Below are positions 17,048-27,562 of a DNA stretch of 64,000 nucleotides, one piece after another; the stretch's first letter is position 1, and every line of letters begins with the position of its first letter. Origin of the DNA: Candidatus Anstonellales archaeon (GTDB lineage Archaea > Micrarchaeota > Micrarchaeia > Anstonellales > J096); NCBI GenBank assembly GCA_038890745.1, contig JAWAFD010000002.1:96001-160000 (forward strand), in the 5' to 3' direction. The notes under the pieces were generated by a model. It was not told the origin of the DNA. It searched no databases and worked only from the letters and a program-made list of their open reading frames with translations. A program made the translations under genes and the position numbers.

Positions 17048-19855
17048 ATGGCTCCATTAAAAGAAGCTGTGCTGCTTCCACATGTACGGCAGAATGCAAA
17101 ATCCACCATCATGCGTAGGATGATTGATAGAAGAATAGAGGAGGTTAGAAGAGAGCTTGCCGCTACGGAGAGAGAGGCCCTTTTTGAGGAGGCACGAAAA
17201 TTGCTTCTCAGAAAAGAGGTTGGATTTAGTGAGCTTGTCCCTGTTTTTATCCATCTCGGGATTCTAAACCAGAATAGTTATGTTGGAGCAATAAAACTAG
17301 CCCTTCTGCTTAAGGATGATGATATTTTGAAGAGCGCGGTTGAATATGCGAAGGAAAATGGTGCGAATGTTTTTGAGATAAGAAAAATTCTGTGGGAAGA
17401 GGAAGCAGAGCAAAAGGCAGATTTTATCTACCCTCTGCTTTCCTCTATCAGCTTGCAGTCATACGAAAAATTTTACAGCGCGGCATGGAAATATCTCGGT
17501 GGGGATGTTGAGAGAATAAAATCCGCTGTTGCACTCTTGCATGCAAGAGAAAAAACAATAAAGGCGCTGAGGAACGAATACAGAAAAAAGGAAAGCGTGA
17601 AGGAATATGCCACAAAACTTAAAAAATGGGCGGATGATGAGCTTTCAAGGGTAGGTATAGAGAACTTCTCTGTTGCGGTATACCGCGCGTATTTTGATGA
17701 TGTTCATCTCAAAAAACAAGATAAAATGGCATGGCACTACCTTAAACTCATCTCTGATGTAGGAATTTTTGATGGGTTTACCTGCGCGATCGTGAATGAT
17801 GCTTTGAGGAGTGGGGAGAGGAGGGTGAGGGAAAAAGCTCTTCGCATAATAAGAGATTTTAAATTGAATGTGAACGTTGAGAGCGCTCTGAGAAGCGAAA
17901 ATATGAACGAAAGGGTTCTAGCCCTTCGAATAATGCTTGAGAAAGGATGGAACGAGATTTTCCGTGAGATGCTTTTCTCAGAATTTTATAAAGAAAGAGA
18001 GATTGCTCTTAGGGCGTTCTTAAAATACTCCCCAAAAATTTCTGAAAAAGAAAGAGAGAGAATACAAAAACTTGCGAGGGTTGAGATAGGAAAGTGCGAA
18101 AAGCTTGCAAAAGAGATTTTGAAAAAAACCGCTGAGATGGGATGCGAAAAACAAACATTAAAACTATTTGCAGAGAAAGTAAGAGAAAACCTAGGAAAAG
18201 TTTTTGATGCGAGCAGGGCTTATGTATCTAAGTTTAAGTCTAGGTTGGTAGAAAAAAGGAAGACAATGGAAACCGCGAAACAAGCATTAAAAGTATTTTC
18301 AGAAAAAGCAAAAGAAAATTCTGCAAGAGTCTTTGATGCGCTGAAAGTTTATTCGCATGATGCGTACGAAAGAATGGTTGAGTTTTCAAAAAACATCTTC
18401 GCATACCTAGACTATGTTGCGTTTAGACTGCGTTTGGAGTGGATAGAAAAAAGAGCAAAAATGGTCATGCATGCGAAAAGAATAAATAAAATGATTTGGG
18501 GCTCTGTTTTCTCGCTTACTGCTTCATTTCCTGTTTTTGCAAATGATATAAAGAGTAAAGTAGATGCGTTGGCGCTTTCTGTAGACATTAGAACTGCTCT
18601 TGGGTATTTTCTTATTTTGGCGACCATGGTTTTTGCAACCTCATTAAATCATCAGACAAAGAACAGATGGATTAGGCCAAAGGAACGAGTTGTTCAAGCT
18701 TTAGATGAGGAGAAAAAGAAGAGAGAGGAAAGGGTGCATGAACTTGTCCAAAAAATACTAAAGGGGGATATAACTCTTTCAGATGCGTTAATAATGATAA
18801 AAACCCCAAGAGAAAGACAGGAGCTTACAAAACAATTGAAAAAAACAGAGCCGCCAAAGAAAAAGCCGAAACCAAGAATAGAAATGGACGAAGAAACGAG
18901 AAAGATGTATGAGGAAGCGTTAGGTGTGATCGCCATTACAAAAGGAATGGAGTCCTTTGAATTCAACAGAGCCATGCTTGTCGATAAGTATTATTCCCAG
19001 AATGTCGGAGCAAACAAATGGATAAACATTCTTATTTTTGGCGATAATACCGCCTGGAACTATCCAACAGCCGATCTGGGAAATTCGCTGGATGAAAGAG
19101 AGAGTGTGAATGTCGGGGATATTCTCTTAAACCATGTTGGAAGCGGGTATGTCCTCTCCGATGACTTGGACGGTTATTATCTTGTGGCATACCACGATGC
19201 GAAGAATGGATTAAGAATAGTGAAATTTACTTTTGAGCAGATAAAGAGTGAGTTTGATAGGGTTCTAACCACAGAAGAAGCAAATGAATTCGCAAAGCGA
19301 AAAATATGTAAGGAATTAAACCTTGATCCGAATCAATACGATGTTGTTGTAAAACCATTGGTATTCCCAACTGACTATAATTGCGATAGGCACTGGGATG
19401 ATAGTTCGAACTGCTTAATCGGAAACGCCCACGATTATGGAGCCCCAAGAGAAGGGGGGATAAGAACGCATGAGGGAACAGACCTGTATGCCCCATTTGG
19501 AGCGCCCGTATACTCGCCTGTTGATGGGGTTGTTGTTGAAGCAGGGTGGGGAGGAAGCAAAGCAGGGCTGAGGGTTTGGATTAAGGGTGTTGATGGATAC
19601 TATTACATGATGGCCCATCTTGATAGTATAACTGTAAAGCCTGGTCAGTTCGTTACTGCAGGAACAAAAACAGGAAAAAACGGGGATAGTGGGAACGCAG
19701 AAGGGCTTGCTGAGGTTGGGGCTGCACACAACCATCAGGAAGTGCATGAAAGAGGAAGGAACAACCCGATAGATCCTGATAAGAGATTGTATGATACCTG
19801 GTTTGTTGGGCTTGAACAAAAGCAAGTAGCAAGCTATTTAAACAATTCCGAATAA
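17048..19855 (+). CDS. Large membrane-associated protein with helical N-terminus and C-terminal M23 family peptidase domain
   Basis: HEGTD...APVYSPVDGVV...YMMAHLD...V..GQ.V..G..G..G.SGNA...HNHQE = HxxxD/HxH Zn motifs of M23; two hydrophobic segments around aa 480-530. Confidence 0.8.
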   Translation: MAPLKEAVLLPHVRQNAKSTIMRRMIDRRIEEVRRELAATEREALFEEARKLLLRKEVGFSELVPVFIHLGILNQNSYVGAIKLALLLKDDDILKSAVEYAKENGANVFEIRKILWEEEAEQKADFIYPLLSSISLQSYEKFYSAAWKYLGGDVERIKSAVALLHAREKTIKALRNEYRKKESVKEYATKLKKWADDELSRVGIENFSVAVYRAYFDDVHLKKQDKMAWHYLKLISDVGIFDGFTCAIVNDALRSGERRVREKALRIIRDFKLNVNVESALRSENMNERVLALRIMLEKGWNEIFREMLFSEFYKEREIALRAFLKYSPKISEKERERIQKLARVEIGKCEKLAKEILKKTAEMGCEKQTLKLFAEKVRENLGKVFDASRAYVSKFKSRLVEKRKTMETAKQALKVFSEKAKENSARVFDALKVYSHDAYERMVEFSKNIFAYLDYVAFRLRLEWIEKRAKMVMHAKRINKMIWGSVFSLTASFPVFANDIKSKVDALALSVDIRTALGYFLILATMVFATSLNHQTKNRWIRPKERVVQALDEEKKKREERVHELVQKILKGDITLSDALIMIKTPRERQELTKQLKKTEPPKKKPKPRIEMDEETRKMYEEALGVIAITKGMESFEFNRAMLVDKYYSQNVGANKWINILIFGDNTAWNYPTADLGNSLDERESVNVGDILLNHVGSGYVLSDDLDGYYLVAYHDAKNGLRIVKFTFEQIKSEFDRVLTTEEANEFAKRKICKELNLDPNQYDVVVKPLVFPTDYNCDRHWDDSSNCLIGNAHDYGAPREGGIRTHEGTDLYAPFGAPVYSPVDGVVVEAGWGGSKAGLRVWIKGVDGYYYMMAHLDSITVKPGQFVTAGTKTGKNGDSGNAEGLAEVGAAHNHQEVHERGRNNPIDPDKRLYDTWFVGLEQKQVASYLNNSE

Positions 19856-19864
19856 TCTGCTTTT

Positions 19865-20761
19865 ATGGGTGAGATTGAGGAGAAGCTCAGGCAGATATAC
19901 GGCGATTCTTTTGAGGAGAAGGTTCAGGAGACGATCGCAAAGTATGAAGGTTTGCTCACGCGCGAGGTTGCGATAAAACTCATTGCAAAAGAAAATGGGC
20001 TTATAAAGGATGAGCCAAAGAAAATAAGTGAGATAAAGCCTGGTGCAAAAAAGGTTTGGCTGCGCGCGTATGTTAAAGAGGTTGAGCCCACAAGGGTCTT
20101 TGGGGATAAAAAAATGCGAGCTGTTGTTTTGAAGGATGAGACGGGCGAGGTGAAGGTAAAATTCTGGAATGATCAGATAGACATGCTTAAAAAAATAAAA
20201 ATCGGAGACCTTGTGGAGATAAAGTATGCGTATGAAAAGAACGGGCTTTCCCTTTCTTATGGAGCGGAGATAAATGTTGTTGAGGAGGCAAAGCTAACCC
20301 CCCTTGCACTCATGGAAGAGGGAAAGGTATCTTTGAAAGAGGTTGTGGATTCTGTAGAGGGAAAGATGCAGACAAGGAAAGGAGAGTTTTTTGTTTTTTA
20401 CATAACTGATGGTGAGAGGAAAGAAAAGTGCATAATTGTGGAGGGAATAGACAGGGGAGAGAAGATAAAGCCAGGGGAAGAGGTACTCATACAGAATGCA
20501 ACCTACAAAAATGAAGCAGTGTGGATAAACTCAAAAACACGCCTGCTTGTAAAAAGAAAGGTTGCAAAAGGAGTGGTTGAAGACATGTTTATCGAAAACG
20601 GAAAACTCATTATTGTTTTTAAGGAGGATGGGAAAAGGGTTTTGGAAAGGAAGGATGCTCTAAAGTTTTTGGAGGCAGAGGTCAGCGATGATATAAGTTT
20701 GGAAACAATTTTAAACCTTAAGAAAGAAAATATTATTGGAAAAGAGGTAATAATCCCCTAG
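19865..20761 (+). CDS. Replication protein A-like OB-fold ssDNA-binding protein
   Basis: N-terminal [15 protein letters not shown] helix, KISEI...[17 protein letters not shown] fold, second OB fold. Confidence 0.8.
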   Translation: MGEIEEKLRQIYGDSFEEKVQETIAKYEGLLTREVAIKLIAKENGLIKDEPKKISEIKPGAKKVWLRAYVKEVEPTRVFGDKKMRAVVLKDETGEVKVKFWNDQIDMLKKIKIGDLVEIKYAYEKNGLSLSYGAEINVVEEAKLTPLALMEEGKVSLKEVVDSVEGKMQTRKGEFFVFYITDGERKEKCIIVEGIDRGEKIKPGEEVLIQNATYKNEAVWINSKTRLLVKRKVAKGVVEDMFIENGKLIIVFKEDGKRVLERKDALKFLEAEVSDDISLETILNLKKENIIGKEVIIP

Positions 20762-20775
20762 ATGCAGGTGATTTT

Positions 20776-22920
20776 GTGAAGAAGGAAGAAGTAATATTAA
20801 AGGTTTCAGAGGCTTTGCAGAACGATGTGGGCAGGGGAATTGCGAGAATAGATTCAAAAGCGAGGAATGCTTTGGGGGTGAGTGCAGGGGACGTTGTTCT
20901 GCTAATAGGGAAAAAGCAAACGCCGGCTATTGTCTGGCCTGCCCATCCAGAGGATGAGGGGCTTGATATAATAAGAATGGATGGAATACTTAGACAGAAT
21001 GCAAGCGTTGGGCTTGGGGACAGAATAAAGGTTGTAAAATCAGAGATAAAGGATGCATCAAAGGTTATTCTTGCCCCCCGCGAATCCATCCGCTACACCC
21101 CTGGGTTTGACCAGTATGTGCATAGAAGACTGATTGGGAAGCCGATAATGAAAGGAAACATCCTTCCTGTGGGTGTTTTTGGGACAGCCATCCCGCTCGT
21201 TGTTATGCAGACAACCCCACCAGGTCCTGTGATGGTTACAGAAGAAACAAAGCTTTCAATTAAACCAGAAATAGTTAAGGAGCTTGAGAACGTCCCAACG
21301 GTTACGTATGATGACATTGGTGGGTTGAAGGATGCGATAGCAAAAATTAGGGAGATGGTTGAGCTTCCCCTTCGCCATCCTGAGCTTTTCGAGCGGCTTG
21401 GGATAGAGCCTCCGAAAGGGGTTCTTCTGTATGGCCCGCCCGGAACAGGAAAAACCCTTCTTGCGAAGGCTGTTGCGAATGAGAGCGATGCATCTTTCTT
21501 TTACATAGGAGGGCCTGAGGTTGTGAGCAAGTATGTTGGTGAAAGTGAACAGAGATTAAGAAAAATATTTGAGGAGGCAGAGCGCAGCGCACCGAGCATA
21601 ATTTTCATAGATGAGATAGACGCGATTGCGCCGAAAAGAGCAGAGGTAACCGGAGAGGTTGAGAGGAGAATGGTTAGCCAGCTCCTTACTCTCATGGACG
21701 GGCTTAGGGGAAGGGGGCAGGTTATAGTTGTTGCCGCAACCAACAGACCGGATAGCATAGACCCTGCCCTAAGAAGGCCGGGAAGGTTTGACAGAGAGAT
21801 AGAGATAGGGGTTCCTGATAGGGATGGAAGATTGGAGATATTAAAAATTCATGTAAGGAACATGCCCCTTTCTGAAGATGTTAACCTTGAGGAGATTGCG
21901 GATATTACATACGGATATACTGGAGCGGATATCTCTGCGCTTGTGAAAGAAGCAGCAATAAAAACCCTAAGGAGAATTCTTCCAGACCTAAAGATTGAAG
22001 AGGAGTTCATCCCCTCAGAAAAGCTGGAAAAAATAAAGGTTACGAGGGATGATTTTTTCGATGCACTCAGGGAGATTCAGCCATCTGCTTTGAGGGAGGT
22101 TTTTGTTGAGAGACCCAATGTGCGATGGGAGGATATAGGTGGGCTTGAGAAAATAAAAGCAGAGATAAACGAGGCTGTTGAGCTTCCGCTCAGAAAACCA
22201 GAGATTTTTGAAAAGATGGGCATAAGGCCTGTAAAGGGAATATTGATATATGGCCCGCCCGGAACAGGAAAGACCCTTCTTGCAAAAGCTGTTGCAACAG
22301 AAAGCAACGCAAACTTTATTGCAATCCATGGGCCAGAGGTACTGAGCAAATGGGTTGGGGAAAGTGAAAAAACAATTAGGGAGATCTTCAGAAAGGCAAG
22401 ACAGGCCGCTCCATGCATAATTTTCATAGATGAGATAGATGCAATCGCTCCGAAGAGAGGGCTTGGGGAGTCGAGCATGGTTATGGAAAGGGTTGTGGAC
22501 ACCCTGCTTACCGAGATGGATGGGTTGAGAAGTTTGAGGAATGTTGTTGTTATTGCTGCAACGAATAGACCGGATATTTTAGATGTTGCTCTTCTGAGAG
22601 CAGGAAGGTTCGACAAGCTTATAGAGATTCCTATTCCAGACGAGAGAACAAGGCTTGAGATATTCAAGGTGCATACAAAGAAAATGCCTTTGGACAGGAG
22701 CGTTGATCTGGCAGAGCTTGCGAAAATTACAGAGGGTTACACTGGTGCTGATATTGAGAATTTGGTTAGGGAAGCAGGAATGATGGCTATTAGAACAAAC
22801 TCAAAAAATGTTTCGATGAAAATGTTCATGGAAGCGATGAAAGAGATAAGGCCTTCTGCTGGGGCTGATGAGAAAAAAAGGATAGAAAAGTTTAAGGTTG
22901 AGGGAGCGATGTACGGGTAG
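20776..22920 (+). CDS. cdc48: CDC48/VCP (VAT) family AAA ATPase
   Basis: N-domain [10 protein letters not shown]; two GPPGTGKT Walker A motifs, [11 protein letters not shown] and RPGRFD. Confidence 0.96.
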   Translation: MKKEEVILKVSEALQNDVGRGIARIDSKARNALGVSAGDVVLLIGKKQTPAIVWPAHPEDEGLDIIRMDGILRQNASVGLGDRIKVVKSEIKDASKVILAPRESIRYTPGFDQYVHRRLIGKPIMKGNILPVGVFGTAIPLVVMQTTPPGPVMVTEETKLSIKPEIVKELENVPTVTYDDIGGLKDAIAKIREMVELPLRHPELFERLGIEPPKGVLLYGPPGTGKTLLAKAVANESDASFFYIGGPEVVSKYVGESEQRLRKIFEEAERSAPSIIFIDEIDAIAPKRAEVTGEVERRMVSQLLTLMDGLRGRGQVIVVAATNRPDSIDPALRRPGRFDREIEIGVPDRDGRLEILKIHVRNMPLSEDVNLEEIADITYGYTGADISALVKEAAIKTLRRILPDLKIEEEFIPSEKLEKIKVTRDDFFDALREIQPSALREVFVERPNVRWEDIGGLEKIKAEINEAVELPLRKPEIFEKMGIRPVKGILIYGPPGTGKTLLAKAVATESNANFIAIHGPEVLSKWVGESEKTIREIFRKARQAAPCIIFIDEIDAIAPKRGLGESSMVMERVVDTLLTEMDGLRSLRNVVVIAATNRPDILDVALLRAGRFDKLIEIPIPDERTRLEIFKVHTKKMPLDRSVDLAELAKITEGYTGADIENLVREAGMMAIRTNSKNVSMKMFMEAMKEIRPSAGADEKKRIEKFKVEGAMYG

Positions 22921-22925
22921 GGAGC

Positions 22926-23327
22926 ATGAAAATATTCAGCATAATAAAAATATACGCGGTTCTTATTGCCCTTTCCCTTCTTGTATTTGCAGTTCTGCCC
23001 GGTTTGGGGATTCTTGACCTAGTTAAGCTTCTTGCAGGAGCAACCGCCCTCACTATACTGATTGCGTTCTTCTACCCAATGATAAGAGGGGTGAACAAAG
23101 GGGATGAAGTTGTTGTTGTTGCGGAAAACATGCCTGTGTTATTCGGAAAAATAGGAAGGGCCCTTGTGAATGCAAAAAAAGGTGAAGAGATAAAGGTAAG
23201 GCTTAATGATGGAAGGGAGGTAGTAGGCATACTTGAAGAGTATGAAGGGCTTTTTTCTCCACCTAAGGTTAAGATACTTTTTGAGAAGACGGAGAAAATG
23301 AACAGAGGGAAAGGTGAGTACTATTGA
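22926..23327 (+). CDS. Small membrane protein with C-terminal beta domain (NfeD-like)
   Basis: Two N-terminal TM helices and a short beta-rich domain; operonic. Confidence 0.55.
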   Translation: MKIFSIIKIYAVLIALSLLVFAVLPGLGILDLVKLLAGATALTILIAFFYPMIRGVNKGDEVVVVAENMPVLFGKIGRALVNAKKGEEIKVRLNDGREVVGILEEYEGLFSPPKVKILFEKTEKMNRGKGEYY

Positions 23328-23905
23328 TAAGTTTTATTGAGCTTCGGGATATTGTAATCTCTATGCTTGCTCTTAGCCTTGCTGTTGCTATAGCTTTTTC
23401 AGGCCCTGATATCTTGCTTAATTTTTCGAAGCTCATGAAGTACATGGTCATATTCATAATTATTGTTGGTTTTGGTTTTGTTCTTCACGAACTCGGCCAT
23501 AGGACAGTCGCCCGTGCTTTTGGTGCCCATGCCAGCTTCAGAATGTGGCCGCTAGGCCTTATTTTTGCTCTTCTCATGTCCTTTGCGGGCTTTGTTTTTG
23601 CTGCCCCCGGCGCTGTTTACATATACTCTTACAGGCCCCTAAGCAGGGAGCAAAACGGACTGATTTCAATCGCAGGGCCTCTTGTAAACATTTTTTTATT
23701 TTTTGTTTTTATTGTTTCCGCATTATTTTTCACGATTTCTTTCGAAGGAATAAACGCATTGTTCATAGGTGCAAAGGTTAATGCATTCCTTGCATTCTTC
23801 AACCTTCTTCCTTTTTTTCCCTTGGACGGTTCAAAGGTAATGGCATGGGACAGGAATATCTGGCTTTTTGCAATAATATTCGCATTCCTTTGTTTTTTGG
23901 TGTAG
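23324..23905 (+). CDS. Site-2 protease (M50 family) membrane metallopeptidase
   Basis: HELGH, AGPLVN and FNLLPFFPLDG motifs. Confidence 0.92.
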   Translation: MISFIELRDIVISMLALSLAVAIAFSGPDILLNFSKLMKYMVIFIIIVGFGFVLHELGHRTVARAFGAHASFRMWPLGLIFALLMSFAGFVFAAPGAVYIYSYRPLSREQNGLISIAGPLVNIFLFFVFIVSALFFTISFEGINALFIGAKVNAFLAFFNLLPFFPLDGSKVMAWDRNIWLFAIIFAFLCFLV

Positions 23906-23908
23906 GGC

Positions 23909-24460
23909 ATGTGGCGCGGGGCGGAGGCAAGGGTTGAAAAAGCAAAATTCCTTGGGAAAAACGTAGTTGTTAAAGACAGGTTCGCCCGCAAATACAGGAT
24001 AAAGGAGATAGATTGGAAGGCAAGGTTTGAGAGGACAAAAATGGAGGCAAAGCTTCTGCACAAGGCAAAGCTTGCAGGTGTAAACGCGCCGGTTGTTTAT
24101 GCTGTAAGCGAGAACACAATAACAGAATCTTTTATAGAAGGAAAAAGGCCTGAGAAAATAACCCCTCGCTTAGCTGAAGAATTCGGTAGGATTCTTGCAA
24201 AACTGCACGCAAACAACATCATTCACGGAGATTTTACACCCGCAAACATAATAAAAAGAGGAAAAAAACTTTATGTAATAGATTTTGGGCTCGGGTTTAT
24301 CTCAAACAGGATAGAAGATAAAGCAGATGATGTTTTTGCAATGCTTAGGGCAATAAAAGGGTTTGAAGAATATTTTGTAAAGGGATATTCAGCGTATGAA
24401 AAAAGCGATGCGGTTCTAAAAAGGGTTGAGGAAATAAGAAAAAGGGCGAGGTATGCTTAG
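23909..24460 (+). CDS. bud32: KEOPS complex kinase Bud32
   Basis: RGAEA, RTKMEAKLL, IIHGDFTPAN and IDFGLG motifs. Confidence 0.9.
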   Translation: MWRGAEARVEKAKFLGKNVVVKDRFARKYRIKEIDWKARFERTKMEAKLLHKAKLAGVNAPVVYAVSENTITESFIEGKRPEKITPRLAEEFGRILAKLHANNIIHGDFTPANIIKRGKKLYVIDFGLGFISNRIEDKADDVFAMLRAIKGFEEYFVKGYSAYEKSDAVLKRVEEIRKRARYA

Positions 24461-24570
24461 AGTTCCCCAACCCTTCTCTTCATCTTTCTTTTCAGCCTTT
24501 TCCTTTTTTTCTTTACCCACTTCCATCGCATCCTATTTTTCTTCTTCCATTTCCTTGGTTTTGAACCCAA
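24457..24570 (-). CDS. rpl41e: Ribosomal protein L41e (eS32), 37 aa
   Basis: Manual translation from TTG with GGTGA RBS: MGSKPRKWKKKNRMRWKWVKKKRKRLKRKMKRRVGEL; the MRWKW.KK..RL signature. Confidence 0.85.
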   Translation of the reverse strand: MGSKPRKWKKKNRMRWKWVKKKRKRLKRKMKRRVGEL

Positions 24571-24646
24571 AAAATCACCCTGAGTAAGTTCGTGAAGGTT
24601 ATTCTTAATATAAATATTTTTAAATGTTCTCTATTTTTCTATCCGT

Positions 24647-25057
24647 ATGAAATCCAAAACATCCTACCTTGAATTCAACACAAAAAACAAAATAGAGTTT
24701 GTGAGGATTACGGATAGAATCCAGCAGATCGTTTCTGAAAGCGGAGTAAAAGAAGGGCTTGTTCTTATAAATCCCATGCACATAACAGCAGCGGTGATTG
24801 TGAACGATAATGAGCAGGGGCTTATATCAGATTTCAAAAGAACGCTGGAAAGGCTTGTTCCCTATAACGCCGAGTATGCGCATAATGTGGGAGAGGATAA
24901 TGCCGCTGCGCACATATGGAGACAGCTCATGGGCCATCAGGTTGTAATGGCAATAACAAACGGAAAGCTTGATTTAGGGCCATGGGAGCAGATATTCTAC
25001 TGCGAGTTTGATGGGCAAAGGAGAAAAAGGGTTCTTGTGAAAGTTATAGGTGAATAG
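24647..25057 (+). CDS. YjbQ/UPF0047 family protein (secondary thiamine-phosphate synthase)
   Basis: [10 protein letters not shown]...[10 protein letters not shown]...[17 protein letters not shown]. Confidence 0.9.
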   Translation: MKSKTSYLEFNTKNKIEFVRITDRIQQIVSESGVKEGLVLINPMHITAAVIVNDNEQGLISDFKRTLERLVPYNAEYAHNVGEDNAAAHIWRQLMGHQVVMAITNGKLDLGPWEQIFYCEFDGQRRKRVLVKVIGE

Positions 25058-25099
25058 CATTTTTAAACTTTTTGACACATAATAAAAACAGGTGTTTTT

Positions 25100-26803
25100 A
25101 TGGATAGAATTGTTTTTGAAACAAAACATTTTAGACAGACGCATATCGAAAAAAGCGGAAGAAAAATCGGAATAGCGCACGATGTTGCTGTCGAGGGTAG
25201 ATACACGCGTTTTGCTCTCCTCGAGAATATATGGAAAAAACTTAATGCTTCAGTTAAAAACAATAAATCTATTGAAGAGTTCTTGAAGAAAGCAGGAGAA
25301 GCCACGGGCATAAGCAATGATATTTTTGCATACCTGAGAAGCAACAAAAAGCTTAGTGATGAAGAAAAGTTCATTATTTCCGAGATAAACGACTTTTTGA
25401 GGGTTAAGGAGTATGAAGAGCATTTGAAGGATTTTAAGGATATAAGCAAAGGGCAGGAGCCATCTCTCATACATGCATCAAACAGTGAGTATGTTGACCT
25501 TTTTGAGATCTTAAATGGTTCAGAGTACGAAGCGAAAAACAGGGTTATGTATGGAGGGGTTTTTGGAACAAGCATAAATATAAGAAAGCCAGAACACTTA
25601 ACCGGTGTTGCGGATACGGATTTTGCAGAAATATTCTACATGGTTGGGCATCTCTCCCATAGCGGAAATCTCAGTAATGTTCCGTATATACTTTTTGTGG
25701 GGAAATATGATGAGCAAACAAAGGATAAGGGTGAAGATAATTTTGAGGATGTCGTTGCTCTTATAGGTGAAAGAAAGAAAAATTTCATACAACTAGCGAT
25801 AAAAGCCGGAAACTATGTGGAAAAGGATGTGTTGTATTGCGAAGATAGACAGATCCCGCTCCTTTCTGTTGTGTACTTCGCTCATGAGAGGAAGTTTTAT
25901 GTTATTACAGAAAGCGGCACGGTAGAATTCTCGAAATATATTGAAGAGAATTTCGGAGGGTATGCCGTAGCGAGGAAACATCTCGAGGCCCTCAGAAAGC
26001 ATTACGAGGATGAGGCATACTCAAAAATATCTTTATTCAAGAGGTTTTCGCAATCCCTGCATTGCGTAGATTCTAGAGAGCAGGAGCTCACGAAGTTCTA
26101 TTCTGTTGCAAAGGTGATGGGTGCGATACCATCAGATTTCGAGATAGAAAGACTTGCCAGGCACGATTATGCAAAGAGAACAGATATCTACCTCCATACA
26201 AACTGCGGGTATTTGAATGTTGCCCAGGGAATACATTATCTCATTCTGGAGATAATCGATAAGGTGAAAAAAGCGGGTAGTCCGGAAAAAGCCGTAATCG
26301 TAAATGCTTTTGCAGATGTTGTGCATGGTAAAAATGTGAAGATAGATGAAAGGTATGCAGATGAGCTGAAACTTTCCGCAGAATCAAAAAAACTTTTCAA
26401 GGCAATTTTTAACAAGGAAAATCTTAACATGCAGAATATCATGAGGCACATGTTTGAAAGGGGCGTGCTTAGAGAAAGAAAAGTTCTTATCCGCAATGAA
26501 ATCGCAAACCAGGTCTACATGCCTGCCGTGGAGCAGGTTGAGAAAACCCTCGAACAGCATGGATACAAAAAAGAAGAGTTGGGAAATGAATTTTTTTCTT
26601 ACCTTGTTCTTGAAGAAATAGGAAGGGAGCAGGCCCATAGGATAGAGGAGAAGACAAAGGGAAAACTGAATTTTGTAATCCTCATACACGATATAAAAAC
26701 AGGAAGGATATATGATATCCCCAAAAACAGTAGAAAATGGTTTGTTGAAAATAAAGTGAGGAGGGATGCGTTTACCGGCGAAGTTTTGCCCCTTCCCTTA
26801 TAG
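25100..26803 (+). CDS. Hypothetical protein with beta-carbonic-anhydrase-like motifs
   Basis: HCVDSRE, HTNCG and C-terminal HDIKTGRI motifs; 567 aa. Confidence 0.5.
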   Translation: MDRIVFETKHFRQTHIEKSGRKIGIAHDVAVEGRYTRFALLENIWKKLNASVKNNKSIEEFLKKAGEATGISNDIFAYLRSNKKLSDEEKFIISEINDFLRVKEYEEHLKDFKDISKGQEPSLIHASNSEYVDLFEILNGSEYEAKNRVMYGGVFGTSINIRKPEHLTGVADTDFAEIFYMVGHLSHSGNLSNVPYILFVGKYDEQTKDKGEDNFEDVVALIGERKKNFIQLAIKAGNYVEKDVLYCEDRQIPLLSVVYFAHERKFYVITESGTVEFSKYIEENFGGYAVARKHLEALRKHYEDEAYSKISLFKRFSQSLHCVDSREQELTKFYSVAKVMGAIPSDFEIERLARHDYAKRTDIYLHTNCGYLNVAQGIHYLILEIIDKVKKAGSPEKAVIVNAFADVVHGKNVKIDERYADELKLSAESKKLFKAIFNKENLNMQNIMRHMFERGVLRERKVLIRNEIANQVYMPAVEQVEKTLEQHGYKKEELGNEFFSYLVLEEIGREQAHRIEEKTKGKLNFVILIHDIKTGRIYDIPKNSRKWFVENKVRRDAFTGEVLPLPL

Positions 26804-27536
26804 CCCTTACCATCTTTTCTATTTTCTCTTTATTTCCGTCCTCTTCAAATGCGGTTCCAACCTGCACACCATCCGCCCCTGCCTTTATTACACCCTTCGC
26901 CTCTTCGGGTGTTTTTATCCCCCCGGCGACAATGTACGGAATAGAAATTGCCTGCCTTACAGCAGACACCATCTCCAATGGAACATGTCCTGTTTTTGGG
27001 TTTGACCCAGCATCTGTGATGAAGAACCTGAACCCCATGAGTTCAGCAGCCATTCCATACGCAGCCGCAAGCTTTGGTTTTTCCCTTGGAATAAGCTCTA
27101 CCTCACCAACAACCCCAACCGTCCCTCCCGGCTCAACAACAACATACCCGGTTGGCAATGCCTCTATCCCGTATTTTTTTACGACTGGTGCAGCGAGCAT
27201 CTGAGCCCGGGTTATCCAATAAGGGTTTCGCGAATTGAGGAGAGACATAAAATAGATGGCATCTGCGTATTTTGTTATCGTTGCGATGTTTCCAGGAAAA
27301 AGAACAACAGGAACGCTTGTTTTACTTTTTATTTCTTTCACGACGTTATCCAAAAGCTCTCCCTGCACACCCGTTGAGCCGCCGACAAGAATAACATCCG
27401 CCCCTGCCTCGCTAGCGTTAAAGGCTGTCTTTACAGCACTATCAGGATGCTTGTAATCCATTGGGTCTATAACAGCAAACAGCAGCCCGCCTTTTTTCTC
27501 AATGTTTTCCTTTATGTATTCCTCAACCTTCCCCAT
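26772..27536 (-). CDS. Geranylgeranylglyceryl phosphate synthase
   Basis: VIDP, ILVGGSTG, VLFPGN, FMSLLNSRNPYWI, DAGS, VAGGIKT and VGTAFE motifs. Confidence 0.93.
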   Translation of the reverse strand: MGKVEEYIKENIEKKGGLLFAVIDPMDYKHPDSAVKTAFNASEAGADVILVGGSTGVQGELLDNVVKEIKSKTSVPVVLFPGNIATITKYADAIYFMSLLNSRNPYWITRAQMLAAPVVKKYGIEALPTGYVVVEPGGTVGVVGEVELIPREKPKLAAAYGMAAELMGFRFFITDAGSNPKTGHVPLEMVSAVRQAISIPYIVAGGIKTPEEAKGVIKAGADGVQVGTAFEEDGNKEKIEKMVRAIREGAKLRR

Positions 27537-27562
27537 GTCTATCCCCTATTTTTTCTCCACAA

